Below, one piece after another: positions 40,542-52,681 of a stretch of DNA of 64,000 nt. Made by a program: the position numbers and the translations under genes. The notes under the pieces were generated by a model. The model saw only the letters and a list, made by a program, of their open reading frames with translations. It was not told where the DNA came from and did not search any database. Position 1 is the first letter of the stretch; every line of letters starts with the position of its first letter. Origin of the DNA: Chitinophagaceae bacterium (GTDB lineage: Bacteria; Bacteroidota; Bacteroidia; Chitinophagales; Chitinophagaceae); NCBI GenBank assembly GCA_041739485.1, contig JBGSNV010000119.1, positions 778 to 64,777 of the forward strand, written 5' to 3'.

Positions 40542-40563
40542 ATGCATCCAATCAAATAAAAAC

Positions 40564-41460
40564 ATGGCCGGATACTACAACGCAGATACCATTTTATTTC
40601 TTGATGGCGAATATGTAAAAGCCGCAGAAGCAAGGATTGACCTTTTTAGTCAGACCATGCACTATGGCTATGGGGTTTTTGAGGGAATCCGGTCTTATAA
40701 AAGTGATACAGGAGAAACCCTCATTTTTAAACCTGCAGAACATTTTGAAAGGCTTCAGCAATCTGCGGAGGCACTTAATATTCCTTTTACCGATTCTGTA
40801 GAAAACCTTACTGAGGCTACTTATGAGGTACTCCGGAAAAACAACCTTGGAGATGCGTACATAAGACCGCTTATTTTTTTACCGGCCAATATGAGCTTCA
40901 ACCCGAATACCGAATCTCATTTAATGATTGCAGCCTGGGAAATGCAGCCTTTTTTAGGAGAAAATCTAATCCGCTTGATGACTTCTTCTTTTCAAAGACC
41001 CAACCCCAAAGGATTTAAGATTCATGCAAAAGCCTGCGGTCATTATGTCAATTCCATCATGGCAAGTCATGAAGCCAAGGCCAATGGTTATGATGAGGCC
41101 TTATTAATGGATATGAACGGCTATGCTGCGGAAGGCCCCGGTGCCAACCTGTTTATTGAAGTAGATGGCGTATTATTTACCCCGCCTGCCGGACATATAC
41201 TACCCGGCATCACCCGTTCCACGGTACTTGAACTTGCCGAAGAACTCAGCATTCCGGTAGCAGAAAGATATTTCACCCCAACCGAAATGAAAAAGGCGGA
41301 CAGCGCTTTCTATTGCGGAACCGCAGCCGAAGTAATTGGGGTGCAATCGCTTGATGAAACCATTTTCCCAACCCCCTGGCAAAACACGCAGGGAGCCGCC
41401 ATACAAAAAGCCTACAAAGCACTTGTGCGCCAACCCGCAGAAACCGATGCAACCATTTAA
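40564..41460 (+). CDS. ilvE: Branched-chain amino acid aminotransferase
   Basis: HYGYGVFEGIR, AYIRP, AKACGHYVNS, EGPGAN, ILPGITR, GTAAEV. Confidence 0.95.
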   Translation: MAGYYNADTILFLDGEYVKAAEARIDLFSQTMHYGYGVFEGIRSYKSDTGETLIFKPAEHFERLQQSAEALNIPFTDSVENLTEATYEVLRKNNLGDAYIRPLIFLPANMSFNPNTESHLMIAAWEMQPFLGENLIRLMTSSFQRPNPKGFKIHAKACGHYVNSIMASHEAKANGYDEALLMDMNGYAAEGPGANLFIEVDGVLFTPPAGHILPGITRSTVLELAEELSIPVAERYFTPTEMKKADSAFYCGTAAEVIGVQSLDETIFPTPWQNTQGAAIQKAYKALVRQPAETDATI

Positions 41461-41493
41461 AAAAATGAAAACAACGAATTATAAAAACCAATC

Positions 41494-43176
41494 ATGAGTT
41501 CGGTACTAAACAAATACAGCGCAACACTTACACAGGATCCAACACAACCGGCCGCACAGGCCATGCTTTACGGTATTGGTCTTACCGAGGCCGATATGGC
41601 CAAAGCACAGGTAGGTATTGTAAGTATGGGATACGATGGCAACACCTGCAATATGCACCTCAATGACCTTGCTAAAAACATTAAGAAAAGTGTTTGGGAA
41701 AACGAACTTGTCGGATTGATCTTCAATACGATTGGTATCAGCGATGGTATCAGCAACGGTACCGATGGCATGCGGTATTCGCTGGTAAGCCGCGACCTGA
41801 TTGCAGACAGCATCGAATCTGTTTGTGGCGCCCACTATTACGACGGACTGATTGCCGTTCCCGGATGTGATAAAAACATGCCGGGCAGCATAATGGCTAT
41901 GGGCCGACTAAACCGCCCCTCTATTATGGTGTATGGCGGCACTATTGCTCCCGGTAAATATAAGGGTCAGGACCTCAACATCATTTCTGCTTTTGAAGCC
42001 CTTGGACAAAGAATAGCCGGTCAGCTTGATGAAGCCGATTTCAAAGGCATCATCATGAACAGTTGCCCCGGCTCTGGTGCCTGCGGAGGCATGTATACCG
42101 CCAACACAATGGCATCGGCTATCGAGGCATTGGGCATGAGTCTCCCCTACTCGTCAAGCAATCCGGCACTCAGCGATGAAAAACAAAAAGAATGCGAGGA
42201 GGCCGGTAAAGCTATCAAGCTGCTACTTGAAAAAGATATTAAACCCCGGGACATTATGACCCGGGAAGCTTTTGAAAATGCGTTGACCCTCATCACTGTA
42301 CTTGGGGGTTCTACCAATGCTGTTTTGCATCTGATTGCAATGGCTCACAGCGTAGGCTTATCACTTACGCAGGAAGATGTGCAGGCTATCAGCAACAAGA
42401 CCCCCGTTCTTGCCGATCTGAAACCAAGTGGTAAATACCTGATGCAGGATCTACATGACAGAGGCGGCGTTCCCGCGGTGATGAAATACCTCCTTTCAAA
42501 AGGCATGTTGCATGGCGATTGCCTAACGGTTACCGGCAAATCCATTGCTGAAAATATGACCAACGTACCAGACCTTGACTTTGATGAACAGGATATTATT
42601 TTACCTGTAGAAAAAGCCATCAAAAAAAACGGGCATTTGCAGATACTCTATGGCAACCTTGCCACCGGAGGAAGTGTGGCTAAAATATCCGGCAAGGAAG
42701 GCGAAAAATTTGAAGGCCCGGCAAGGGTATTTGATGGCGAATTTGAATTGATAAAAGGTATACAGAACGGCAAAGTAAAATCCGGAGATGTAGTGGTTAT
42801 AAGGTATGTAGGGCCCAAAGGTGCCCCCGGTATGCCCGAAATGCTGAAACCCACTTCCGCTATTATTGGCGCAGGTTTGGGAAAATCAGTGGCCCTGATC
42901 ACCGACGGCCGCTTTAGTGGTGGCACCCACGGTTTTGTAGTCGGACATATTACCCCCGAAGCCATGCTGGGCGGCAACATCGCCCTTGTGCAGGACGATG
43001 ATCTGATTACCCTGGATGCTGTAAAAAACGAAATGGTTCTCCATGTATCTGATAAAACACTTGAAGCACGCCGCCAAAACTGGAAAGCACCCGCATCAAG
43101 AGCCACAAGTGGGGCACTATACAAATATGCTAAACTGGTAGCAACCGCAGCAGAAGGTTGTATTACCGATAAATAA
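41494..43176 (+). CDS. ilvD: Dihydroxy-acid dehydratase
   Basis: [39 protein letters not shown]. Confidence 0.98.
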   Translation: MSSVLNKYSATLTQDPTQPAAQAMLYGIGLTEADMAKAQVGIVSMGYDGNTCNMHLNDLAKNIKKSVWENELVGLIFNTIGISDGISNGTDGMRYSLVSRDLIADSIESVCGAHYYDGLIAVPGCDKNMPGSIMAMGRLNRPSIMVYGGTIAPGKYKGQDLNIISAFEALGQRIAGQLDEADFKGIIMNSCPGSGACGGMYTANTMASAIEALGMSLPYSSSNPALSDEKQKECEEAGKAIKLLLEKDIKPRDIMTREAFENALTLITVLGGSTNAVLHLIAMAHSVGLSLTQEDVQAISNKTPVLADLKPSGKYLMQDLHDRGGVPAVMKYLLSKGMLHGDCLTVTGKSIAENMTNVPDLDFDEQDIILPVEKAIKKNGHLQILYGNLATGGSVAKISGKEGEKFEGPARVFDGEFELIKGIQNGKVKSGDVVVIRYVGPKGAPGMPEMLKPTSAIIGAGLGKSVALITDGRFSGGTHGFVVGHITPEAMLGGNIALVQDDDLITLDAVKNEMVLHVSDKTLEARRQNWKAPASRATSGALYKYAKLVATAAEGCITDK

Positions 43177-43182
43177 ACCATT

Positions 43183-44919
43183 ATGAAAACGGATCAATTA
43201 GAAGCTCCTGAAACAGCGGCAAAAAAAGTAAGCCTGCACTCCGGTTCAGAGATCGTACTGAAGGCATTGCTGGCTGAAAAAGTAAAAACCATCTTTGGCT
43301 ATCCCGGAGGCGCTATTATGCCAATCTACGATGCACTTTTTGACTACACCGATCAGCTCGAACATATTCTTGTACGGCATGAACAGGGAGCGATTCATGC
43401 AGCGCAGGGTTTTGCAAGAACCTCCGGCAAAGTTGGGGTGGTGTTTGCAACAAGCGGACCGGGTGCTACCAATCTTGTGACGGGACTCGCAGATGCCATG
43501 ATAGACAGCACCCCGTTGGTTTGCATAACGGGGCAGGTATTTGCGCACCTGCTGGGTACCGATGCTTTTCAGGAAACTGATGTCATCAATATTACCACGC
43601 CGGTTACCAAATGGAACTATCAGGTAACCGATGCTTCCGAAATAAGTGAAGCGCTTGCTAAAGCCTTCTTTATTGCCCGCACCGGCCGCCCCGGTCCCGT
43701 ATTGATCGATATTACCAAGAATGCACAGATTCAACAAGTCGCTTTTTCGGGATACACGCCTTGCAATTACATAAGGAGTTACCGCCCCAAGCCTTTTGTA
43801 AGAATGGAATATATAGAGCAGGCGGCGAAACTGATCAACGAGGCAGAACGCCCTTACATCCTTTTCGGACAGGGTATCATTCTTGGAAGAGCAGAAAAAG
43901 AGTTTCAGGCCTTTATTGAAAAGTCCGGTATTCCGGCTGCCTGGACCATCCTCGGCGAAAGCGCCCTACCAACCGATCATCCGCAGAATGTAGGCATGCT
44001 TGGGATGCATGGGAACTATGGCCCGAATGTGCTGACCAATGAATGCGATGTGTTGATAGCTATTGGTATGCGGTTCGACGATCGTGTAACGGGAAGACTC
44101 GATAAATATGCAAGACAGGCTAAGATCATTCACCTTGATATTGACCCGTCTGAAATTGATAAAAACATCAAGGCAACGGTTCCGGTTTGGGGAGACTGTA
44201 AAGAGACCCTTCCGCTTCTTATGGAAAAAGTAGAAGCCAAAAAACATACCGCCTGGCTGCAACGGTTTAATGAATTCACCGCCGAGGAATACAAGCAGGT
44301 TATTCAACCTGATTTTAATCCCGCAACAGAAATTCTGTCTATGGCAGAAGTGATTGATCAATTGAATACCCTGACCGGTGGGGAAGCCGTAATTGTAACC
44401 GATGTGGGACAACATCAGATGGTGGCTTGCCGCTATGCGAGATTCACAAAATCAAGAAGCAATATTACTTCCGGCGGCTTAGGTACTATGGGCTTTTGCC
44501 TGCCGGCAGCTATTGGTGCCAAAATGGGCGCTCCCGAAAGAACTGTTATCGGCATTGCAGGCGACGGAGGCATACAAATGACTATTCAGGAATTAGGTAC
44601 AATTATGCAATATGAAGTGCCTGTGAAGATCATCATTCTCAACAATCAGTTCCTGGGTATGGTACGACAGTGGCAGGAGTTGTTCAACAGCCGTCGCTAT
44701 TCTTTTGTAAATATCACAAGTCCTGATTATATTATGGTGGCCAACGGTTACCACATACCAGCACAAAAAGTGGAAACAAGAGAATCACTTGTTCCTGCAC
44801 TTAAAGCCATGCTCGATCATCCAGGCAGTTATCTGCTCGAGATCATGGTCGGCAAGGAAAACAACGTATTTCCAATGGTACCGCAGGGTTGCGGTGTTTC
44901 CGAAATCAGATTAAAATAA
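43183..44919 (+). CDS. ilvB: Acetolactate synthase large subunit
   Basis: FGYPGGA, RHEQGA, TSGPGATN, RFDDRVTG, GDGG...NN..LGMVRQWQ. Confidence 0.97.
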   Translation: MKTDQLEAPETAAKKVSLHSGSEIVLKALLAEKVKTIFGYPGGAIMPIYDALFDYTDQLEHILVRHEQGAIHAAQGFARTSGKVGVVFATSGPGATNLVTGLADAMIDSTPLVCITGQVFAHLLGTDAFQETDVINITTPVTKWNYQVTDASEISEALAKAFFIARTGRPGPVLIDITKNAQIQQVAFSGYTPCNYIRSYRPKPFVRMEYIEQAAKLINEAERPYILFGQGIILGRAEKEFQAFIEKSGIPAAWTILGESALPTDHPQNVGMLGMHGNYGPNVLTNECDVLIAIGMRFDDRVTGRLDKYARQAKIIHLDIDPSEIDKNIKATVPVWGDCKETLPLLMEKVEAKKHTAWLQRFNEFTAEEYKQVIQPDFNPATEILSMAEVIDQLNTLTGGEAVIVTDVGQHQMVACRYARFTKSRSNITSGGLGTMGFCLPAAIGAKMGAPERTVIGIAGDGGIQMTIQELGTIMQYEVPVKIIILNNQFLGMVRQWQELFNSRRYSFVNITSPDYIMVANGYHIPAQKVETRESLVPALKAMLDHPGSYLLEIMVGKENNVFPMVPQGCGVSEIRLK

Positions 44920-44925
44920 AAAATC

Positions 44926-45516
44926 ATGGAAAAAAAGGAATATACCATTACAGTCTACACAGAAAATCATATCGGTCTGCTCAACCGGATCGCGATCATA
45001 TTTTCAAGAAGAAAAATCAATATCGACAGCCTCAATACTTCCCCTTCCGAAGTACCGGGAATCCACCGTTTCAATATTGTAATAGATGAAACATTTGATG
45101 TGGTGCAAAAACTATGCCGGCAGATAGAAAAACAGGTAGAGGTGTTGAAAGCCTACTACAATACCAATGAGGAGATCATCTGGCAGGAACTCGCCCTATA
45201 CAAAGTACCCACAAGCGAAATCGCAGAGAAAGCAATTGTAGAAAGGCTGCTTCGTGAACATGGAGCTAATGCAGTAGTCATCCGCAACGACTATACCGTT
45301 TTTGAAACCACCGGCCACCGTGAGGAGACCGACCGGCTGATCAAAGTACTGGAACCTTATGGATTGATTGAATTTGTACGCAGCGCAAGGGTAGCAATCA
45401 TCAAAGACAGCAAGGGTTTCCACGAAAAAATAAGGGAATTCGAACAATACGCTCCCTCTGAAACAGTCATTGAAAACGAGTACCTCAATCAGGGAGAAGA
45501 AGTTTTTACCATGTGA
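44926..45516 (+). CDS. ilvN: Acetolactate synthase small (regulatory) subunit
   Basis: ACT domain EN..GLLNRIAIIFSRRKINIDSL; follows ilvB. Confidence 0.95.
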   Translation: MEKKEYTITVYTENHIGLLNRIAIIFSRRKINIDSLNTSPSEVPGIHRFNIVIDETFDVVQKLCRQIEKQVEVLKAYYNTNEEIIWQELALYKVPTSEIAEKAIVERLLREHGANAVVIRNDYTVFETTGHREETDRLIKVLEPYGLIEFVRSARVAIIKDSKGFHEKIREFEQYAPSETVIENEYLNQGEEVFTM

Positions 45517-45605
45517 AAACTACAACAAGCTCATTGTATTTGAAAGGTAAAAAAACATAATACCTGCGCATTAATTAAAAACAACAAACAAGAAAAATAA
45601 ATAAC

Positions 45606-46661
45606 ATGGCAAAACTAAATTTCGGTGGTACCGAAGAAAACGTAGTCACCCGGGAAGAATTTCCCCTCAGCAAAGCACAGGAAGTTTTAAAAGATGAAAC
45701 CGTGGCGGTTATCGGATACGGTGTTCAAGGCCCCGGACAGGCTCTCAATCAGAAAGACAATGGCATCCGTGTGATTGTAGGACAGCGGGAAAACTCCAAA
45801 AGTTGGGACAAAGCTGTTAAAGATGGTTTTGTACCGGGAGAAACGCTTTTCCCGATTGAAGAAGCACTTGAAAAAGGAACCATCATCTGCTACCTGTTGA
45901 GTGATGCCGCTCAGATTGAACTGTGGCCTACCGTTCAAAAACATTTAACGCCCGGCAAAGCCCTTTATTTTTCCCATGGATTTGGAATCACTTTCAACGA
46001 ACAAACCGGAATTATTCCTCCGAAAGATGTGGACGTTTTCCTGGTAGCCCCAAAAGGTTCGGGTACTTCGCTCCGTCGTATGTTCCTCGAAGGTCGGGGA
46101 CTCAACAGCAGCTACGCTATTTTTCAGGATGCAACCGGCAAAGCTTTTGATAGAGTGATTGCACTTGGTATTGCTGTAGGAAGCGGTTATTTGTTTGAAA
46201 CCGATTTTAGAAAAGAAGTATTCAGTGATCTCACCGGCGAACGGGGAACATTGATGGGTGCTATTCAGGGCATATTTGCCGCACAGTATGAAGTGCTCCG
46301 CAAACGCGGTCACTCCCCTTCCGAAGCCTTCAACGAAACGGTGGAAGAATTGACGCAAAGCCTGATGCCACTTGTTGCAGAAAATGGTATGGACTGGATG
46401 TACGCCAACTGCTCCACCACAGCACAACGGGGGGCACTTGACTGGTGGAAAAAATTCCGCGACGCCACCGCTCCTGTTTTCGAAGAACTTTATGAAAGTG
46501 TAGCTACCGGTAAAGAATCACAAAGATCGATCGACCTGAACGGTCAGCCGGATTACCGGGTAAAACTGGAAGCTGAACTTACAGAACTCCGCGAAAGCGA
46601 AATGTGGCAGGCTGGTAAAACGGTACGTGGACTACGTCCGGAAAATCAACCCGCCAAATAA
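45606..46661 (+). CDS. ilvC: Ketol-acid reductoisomerase
   Basis: VIGYGVQG, FSHGF, VAPKGSG, SDLTGER, CSTTAQRG. Confidence 0.97.
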   Translation: MAKLNFGGTEENVVTREEFPLSKAQEVLKDETVAVIGYGVQGPGQALNQKDNGIRVIVGQRENSKSWDKAVKDGFVPGETLFPIEEALEKGTIICYLLSDAAQIELWPTVQKHLTPGKALYFSHGFGITFNEQTGIIPPKDVDVFLVAPKGSGTSLRRMFLEGRGLNSSYAIFQDATGKAFDRVIALGIAVGSGYLFETDFRKEVFSDLTGERGTLMGAIQGIFAAQYEVLRKRGHSPSEAFNETVEELTQSLMPLVAENGMDWMYANCSTTAQRGALDWWKKFRDATAPVFEELYESVATGKESQRSIDLNGQPDYRVKLEAELTELRESEMWQAGKTVRGLRPENQPAK

Positions 46662-46717
46662 TTTCTTTTTAAATCGTAAGGCTGCCATCCGGCAGTCTTA
46701 CGCTGAAATACAGCATC

Positions 46718-47971
46718 ATGCATTCAACCACCAGCGTCAGTAAAATAAATGTAGAAGCCGCAGCCGCAAGGCTACGCGAGGTGGTGCGCCAAACACCCTT
46801 ACAATACAGTCATTCGCTGAGCAAAAAATATAACTGCCATATTTACCTGAAACGCGAAGATCTTCAAGTAGTACGCTCTTACAAACTACGCGGAGCCTAC
46901 AATATGATCAGTCAGCTTACTGGGGCTGAAAAGCAAAACGGGCTTGTATGTGCAAGTGCGGGGAATCATGCTCAGGGATTTGCCTGGAGTTGCCGGCAAC
47001 TGAATGTGAAAGGGGTTATTTTTATGCCGGTCATTACGCCAAGGCAAAAAATACAGCAGGTAAAGATGCATGGCGAGCATAACATTTCGATACAACTGGT
47101 AGGCGATAATTTTGATGACTGCTCCAAAGCGGCACAAGCTTATACAGAAACCAATAAAATGCTCTTTGTTCCCCCTTTTGATGATTACCGCATCATTGAA
47201 GGGCAGGGCACGGTAGGGAAAGAAATTGCTGATGAACTCAGTGGCATTGATTATGTGTTTATTCCGGTGGGCGGTGGCGGACTGATAGCCGGAGCGGGAA
47301 CCTATCTGAAAGGAATTTCACCCGACACAAAGATCATCGGACTCGAGCCGGAAGGAGCTCCTTCCATGTATAAAGCACTACAGCAAGGCAGCCCCGTTAC
47401 CCTCGATCAGATAGATCGGTTTGTAGATGGAGCTGCTGTGAAACGGGTAGGAGATTATACTTTCGAAATGGCCAAAGAGATCATTGATGAAATGCATCTT
47501 GTAGCCGAAGGAAAAATCTGTAGTACCATCCTCAAGCTTTACAATGAGGAAGCAATAGTAGTAGAACCTGCGGGAGCATTATCCGTTGCGGCACTCGATG
47601 CATTTTCCGATAAGATCAAACACATGAAAGTGGTGTGTATTGTAAGCGGAAGCAATAACGACATCGACCGCATGCCCGAAATCAAGGAGCGTTCTTTACA
47701 ATACGAAGGATTAAAGCATTATTTACTGATCCGTTTTGCACAGCGGCCTGGGGCTCTGAAAGAATTTGTAAATAATATTCTCGGACCCGGAGATGATATT
47801 ACCCGCTTTGAATACATGCAAAAGACCAATAAAGAAAGCGGGCCGGCCCTTGTTGGGATTGAATTGGCCGAAACCGGAGACTATGAAGTTCTCCTCGAAA
47901 AAATGAAAGCTTTTCATATTGATTTCATTGAAATCAATAAAAATGATAAACTTTTCGGGTACATGATTTGA
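46718..47971 (+). CDS. ilvA: Threonine ammonia-lyase (biosynthetic, short form)
   Basis: LKREDLQVVRSYKLRGA, ASAGNHAQG, PVGGGGL, F.QRPGAL. Confidence 0.96.
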   Translation: MHSTTSVSKINVEAAAARLREVVRQTPLQYSHSLSKKYNCHIYLKREDLQVVRSYKLRGAYNMISQLTGAEKQNGLVCASAGNHAQGFAWSCRQLNVKGVIFMPVITPRQKIQQVKMHGEHNISIQLVGDNFDDCSKAAQAYTETNKMLFVPPFDDYRIIEGQGTVGKEIADELSGIDYVFIPVGGGGLIAGAGTYLKGISPDTKIIGLEPEGAPSMYKALQQGSPVTLDQIDRFVDGAAVKRVGDYTFEMAKEIIDEMHLVAEGKICSTILKLYNEEAIVVEPAGALSVAALDAFSDKIKHMKVVCIVSGSNNDIDRMPEIKERSLQYEGLKHYLLIRFAQRPGALKEFVNNILGPGDDITRFEYMQKTNKESGPALVGIELAETGDYEVLLEKMKAFHIDFIEINKNDKLFGYMI

Positions 47972-48111
47972 GTAAAAAAGGAATGACAGACTGGTTGTGG
48001 GACCTTCAACAGGTTATGGATACTTCATTTAAACTATGTACTTTTAACTGCTTGCCTTGCCATAGGAACTGAAGCATATTGTTTTTTAAACTTTTTCAAA
48101 AATTGAATTGA

Positions 48112-51100
48112 ATGTTAGAAACCGGGCAGGGATTATACCATCCATCATTTGAACGCGATGCTTGCGGCATTGGCTTTGTAGCCAATATTAAAGGCATCAA
48201 AAGACATCAACATATCAGCGATGCACTCACTATTCTCGAGAATATGGAGCATCGGGGGGCCTGTGGCTGCGAAGAAAATTCGGGCGATGGGGCTGGTATT
48301 ATGATTCAGGTACCTCATGAATTTTTTTACGAAGAATGCCTGAAAAGCAACATACACCTTCCCGAAGCTGGAAAGTATGGCGTCGGGGTCATCTTTTTCC
48401 CCAAAAATGTTGCATTGCGTGAGTCCTGCCGGGAGGTTTTTAACCGATCTGCCGAAAAACTGGGTCTCGAAATTCTGTGTTACCGAAAAGTGCCTGTAAA
48501 TACCCATGATATTGGGGAAACTGCTTTATCGGTTGAACCCGAAATGGAACAGGTGTTTATTGAAATGCCTTCTACCCTGCATGATCCTGAAAGCTTTGAA
48601 AGAAAACTTTTTGTGCTTCGGAATCATGCTTCGCACTTGATTGCACAAACCGTAAAACAGGATGCCATTGGTTTCTATATTGCGTCATTATCCTACAAAA
48701 CTGTTGTTTACAAAGGACAGTTGACAAGCATGCAGGTTCGGCACTACTTCCCCGACCTTTCCAATAAGAGCATGATCAGTGCCTTTGGATTGGTACATAG
48801 CCGCTTTGCTACCAATACTTTCCCGAGCTGGAGATTGGCACAACCCTTCAGGTACATGGCGCATAATGGCGAGATCAATACCCTGCAAGGCAATATCAAT
48901 TGGCTACGCTCAAGCGAACAGGGTTTCACCTCCCCCTATTTTACCCGCGAAGAAATGGATATGCTCCGGCCTATCGTTTCGAGCAGCCAAAGCGATAGCG
49001 CCTGTCTTGACAATATGATAGAACTGCTTACCCTAACGGGTCGCAGCTTGCCGCATGTAATGATGATGCTCGTACCCGAAGCATGGGTGGGCGATGAAAA
49101 AATGGATAAGGTAAAAAAAGCTTTTTACGAATACCATGCCTGCCTCATGGAACCCTGGGACGGACCTGCTTCGATTTCTTTTACCGATGGAAAAATCATC
49201 GGGGCTACCCTCGACCGGAACGGACTTCGACCTTCGCGGTATTGTATTACCAAGGACGATCGCGTTATCATGTCTTCGGAAAGTGGCACCCTGCCTATTG
49301 AGCCTGAAAATGTAAAAGAATACGGACGCCTGCAGCCCGGCCGCATGTTTGTAGTAGATATGGAACAGGAGCGCATCATCAGCGATGAAGAACTGAAACA
49401 ATCTATCTGCAGCCAAAAACCATATGCAGACTGGCTTAACAAATATAAAATAAGGCTGGAAGAATTACCCGAGCCACGGGTAATGTTTACCCACCTCGAA
49501 CATGATCAGGTTTTCAAATATCAAAAGGCATTCGGTTACAGTACCGAAGATCTTGAAACCATTATTGCCCCGATGGCTATAGATGGTAAAGAGCCAATCG
49601 GGTCGATGGGTACAGATGTACCGCTTGCGATACTGAGCGATCAGCCTCAGCATCTGACAAGTTATTTCAAACAACTGTTTGCGCAGGTAACCAACCCTCC
49701 AATCGATCCTATCCGGGAAAGATTGGTGATGAGTCTATCCGCTTTTGTAGGAAACAACGGAAATATTCTGGTAGAGGATCCTCTAAGTTGCCATATCGTG
49801 GCGCTTGAGCATCCCATCCTTTCCAACCGTTCGCTGGAAAAATTGAGAAGTATAGATACCGGTATCTTTCAGGCCAAAACGCTGCAGTGTTATTTCCGCT
49901 CGGATGGTGAGTCCGGATCCATGAAAAAAGCATTGGATCGTTTGTGCCGTTATGCAGTGGATGCAGTGGAAGACGGATTTGAAGTGCTAATACTGAGCGA
50001 CCGGGCGATTGACAGCGATCATGCTCCGATTCCGATGCTACTTGCAGTATCTGCAGTGCACCACCACCTGATCCGTAAAGGTTATCGCGGCAAGGTGGGC
50101 ATCGTTGTAGAAGCTGGCAACGTATGGGAAGTTCATCATTTTGCCTGTTTGCTTGGGTTCGGCGCAACGGCTATCAATCCTTATCTCGCCTTGAGCACGA
50201 TCCGCGACATGAAACTAGCCGGAAAAATGGATACGGACCTTGAACCGGATGAACTGAAAAAGAATTATATCAAAGCGGTCAATAACGGCCTGCTGAAAGT
50301 TTTCAGCAAAATGGGGATCAGTACCCTGCAATCCTATATGGGTGCACAAATCTTTGAGATCATTGGCATCAACAAAGAGGTGGTACATCAATACTTTACC
50401 GGAGCAGTAAGCCGTATCGAGGGAATGGGACTCGATGAGATTGCCCGGGAGATTCTTGCCCGACATCAGGTAGCCTTCAGTAAAAAAGAAGTACCGGTTG
50501 ACCGGTTGCCGGTGGGCGGTATTTACCAATGGAAAAGAAAAGGGGAACATCATGCTTTTAATCCGGCAACCATTCATCTGTTGCAGTACAGTACCCGGAT
50601 GAATGATTATGCGACCTTCAAAAAATACAGCAAACTGGTCAATGATCAGTCTGAAAAAGCAGCAACACTTCGTGGCTTGCTGCAGTTTAAAAAATTAAGG
50701 TCCTCTGTTCCCATTGAAGAAGTGGAATCGGCAGTATCTATTCTGAAAAGATTTGCCACCGGTGCTATGAGCTTTGGTTCAATCAGTTGGGAAGCGCATA
50801 CCACATTGGCAATAGCCATGAACCGGATTGGTGCAAAAAGCAATACGGGCGAAGGAGGGGAAGATATGGTTCGCTTCAACCCCATGGAAAACGGAGACAG
50901 CATGCGCAGTGCTATCAAACAGGTAGCAAGCGGCCGGTTTGGGGTTACAAGTTATTATCTTACCGAAGCCGAAGAATTACAGATAAAAATGGCACAGGGT
51001 GCCAAGCCCGGTGAAGGCGGACAGTTACCCGGATTTAAAGTAGATGACTGGATTGGCCGGGTACGATATTCCACACCGGGTGTGGGATTAATTTCTCCGC

Positions 51101-52632
51101 CGCCCCACCATGATATCTATTCTATTGAAGATCTTGCACAGTTGATCTTCGACCTTAAAAATGCCAACCGACGGGCCCGTATCAATGTAAAGCTCGTAAG
51201 CAAGGCCGGGGTAGGTACTATTGCAGCCGGAGTTACCAAGGCTAAAGCCGATGTGGTTTTGATCTCCGGTAATGATGGCGGAACCGGCGCCTCCCCTATT
51301 TCCTCTATAAAGCATGCCGGTCTTCCATGGGAACTCGGTCTGGCGGAAACGCATCAAACGCTGGTAAAAAACAAATTGCGCAGCCGGGTGATTGTACAGG
51401 CCGACGGACAAATGAAAACCGGACGTGATATTGCCATAGCCACGCTATTGGGTGCCGAAGAATGGGGGGTTGCCACTGCTGCACTTGTGGTAGAAGGCTG
51501 CATCATGATGCGTAAATGCCATCTTAATACCTGCCCGGTAGGCGTTGCTACACAGGACCCCGAATTGCGAAAGCGTTTCACCGGAGATGCAGACCATGTG
51601 GTGAACTTCTTCCATTTTCTGGTACAGGAACTAAGGGAGATTATGGCAGAACTCGGGTTCCGCAGTATCAACGAAATGGTGGGACAATCAGACTTTTTGG
51701 AACCAAGAGAAAATATCGATCACTGGAAATACAGTACCCTTGATTTTTCCCCTATCCTGTACAAGGAACCGAACGAACCGGGAACGACCCTGTATAACAG
51801 TGAAGCACAGGATCACGGGCTGAGCAATGTACTCGACTGGAAACTGCTTGAGCATGCCGAACCGGCCTTAGCCTCGGGGCTAAGTGTAGAGGCAAGTATG
51901 CCCATTGTGAATACCGATCGCAGCACCGGCACCATGCTCAGCAACGAGATCTCCCGTAAATACAAAGCGGCCGGTCTTCCGGATAATACCATCCGTTTCC
52001 ATTTTACCGGAACCGCAGGCCAAAGTTTTGGAGCCTTTTCTGCCAAAGGAATTACCATGCACCTCGAAGGAGATGCCAATGACTATTTTGGTAAGGGACT
52101 GAGCGGAGCTAAGCTGATTGTATTCCCTTCAAAAAAGGCAACCTATGTGGCCGAAGAAAACATCATTATTGGCAATGTGGCTTTTTACGGTGCTACCGAT
52201 GGAGAAGCATTCATAAGAGGCAAGGCCGGCGAACGGTTTTGTGTACGCAATAGCGGAGCGCATGCAGTAGTGGAAGGGGTTGGCGACCATGGCTGTGAAT
52301 ATATGACCGGAGGCCGTGCCATCATTCTTGGAGCTACCGGTCGCAATTTTGCAGCAGGAATGAGCGGAGGTATTGCTTATGTGTACGATGTGAATGGGCA
52401 ATTTGCCGGTCAGTGCAATATGGAAATGGTGGATCTCGACACCTGCGACGAAGAAGATGCCATCTACTTGAAGAACATGTTGCAAAAGCATATTGATTAT
52501 ACCGACAGCAGCGTGGCAAGATTTGTAATGAGCGATTTTGAAAGCGAACGCAATCGTTTTGTAAAAGTATTTCCAAAGGATTACAAAAGGGTATTGCAAA
52601 TGCAAACCAGGAAGAGCAAATCAGAGGCCTGA
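48112..52632 (+). CDS. gltB: Glutamate synthase large subunit
   Basis: [48 protein letters not shown]. Confidence 0.99.
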   Translation: MLETGQGLYHPSFERDACGIGFVANIKGIKRHQHISDALTILENMEHRGACGCEENSGDGAGIMIQVPHEFFYEECLKSNIHLPEAGKYGVGVIFFPKNVALRESCREVFNRSAEKLGLEILCYRKVPVNTHDIGETALSVEPEMEQVFIEMPSTLHDPESFERKLFVLRNHASHLIAQTVKQDAIGFYIASLSYKTVVYKGQLTSMQVRHYFPDLSNKSMISAFGLVHSRFATNTFPSWRLAQPFRYMAHNGEINTLQGNINWLRSSEQGFTSPYFTREEMDMLRPIVSSSQSDSACLDNMIELLTLTGRSLPHVMMMLVPEAWVGDEKMDKVKKAFYEYHACLMEPWDGPASISFTDGKIIGATLDRNGLRPSRYCITKDDRVIMSSESGTLPIEPENVKEYGRLQPGRMFVVDMEQERIISDEELKQSICSQKPYADWLNKYKIRLEELPEPRVMFTHLEHDQVFKYQKAFGYSTEDLETIIAPMAIDGKEPIGSMGTDVPLAILSDQPQHLTSYFKQLFAQVTNPPIDPIRERLVMSLSAFVGNNGNILVEDPLSCHIVALEHPILSNRSLEKLRSIDTGIFQAKTLQCYFRSDGESGSMKKALDRLCRYAVDAVEDGFEVLILSDRAIDSDHAPIPMLLAVSAVHHHLIRKGYRGKVGIVVEAGNVWEVHHFACLLGFGATAINPYLALSTIRDMKLAGKMDTDLEPDELKKNYIKAVNNGLLKVFSKMGISTLQSYMGAQIFEIIGINKEVVHQYFTGAVSRIEGMGLDEIAREILARHQVAFSKKEVPVDRLPVGGIYQWKRKGEHHAFNPATIHLLQYSTRMNDYATFKKYSKLVNDQSEKAATLRGLLQFKKLRSSVPIEEVESAVSILKRFATGAMSFGSISWEAHTTLAIAMNRIGAKSNTGEGGEDMVRFNPMENGDSMRSAIKQVASGRFGVTSYYLTEAEELQIKMAQGAKPGEGGQLPGFKVDDWIGRVRYSTPGVGLISPPPHHDIYSIEDLAQLIFDLKNANRRARINVKLVSKAGVGTIAAGVTKAKADVVLISGNDGGTGASPISSIKHAGLPWELGLAETHQTLVKNKLRSRVIVQADGQMKTGRDIAIATLLGAEEWGVATAALVVEGCIMMRKCHLNTCPVGVATQDPELRKRFTGDADHVVNFFHFLVQELREIMAELGFRSINEMVGQSDFLEPRENIDHWKYSTLDFSPILYKEPNEPGTTLYNSEAQDHGLSNVLDWKLLEHAEPALASGLSVEASMPIVNTDRSTGTMLSNEISRKYKAAGLPDNTIRFHFTGTAGQSFGAFSAKGITMHLEGDANDYFGKGLSGAKLIVFPSKKATYVAEENIIIGNVAFYGATDGEAFIRGKAGERFCVRNSGAHAVVEGVGDHGCEYMTGGRAIILGATGRNFAAGMSGGIAYVYDVNGQFAGQCNMEMVDLDTCDEEDAIYLKNMLQKHIDYTDSSVARFVMSDFESERNRFVKVFPKDYKRVLQMQTRKSKSEA

Positions 52633-52681
52633 TAAAATTTTAAAGAATTCCTTCCGTCTTGACGGAGTAAAATAAACCTAT

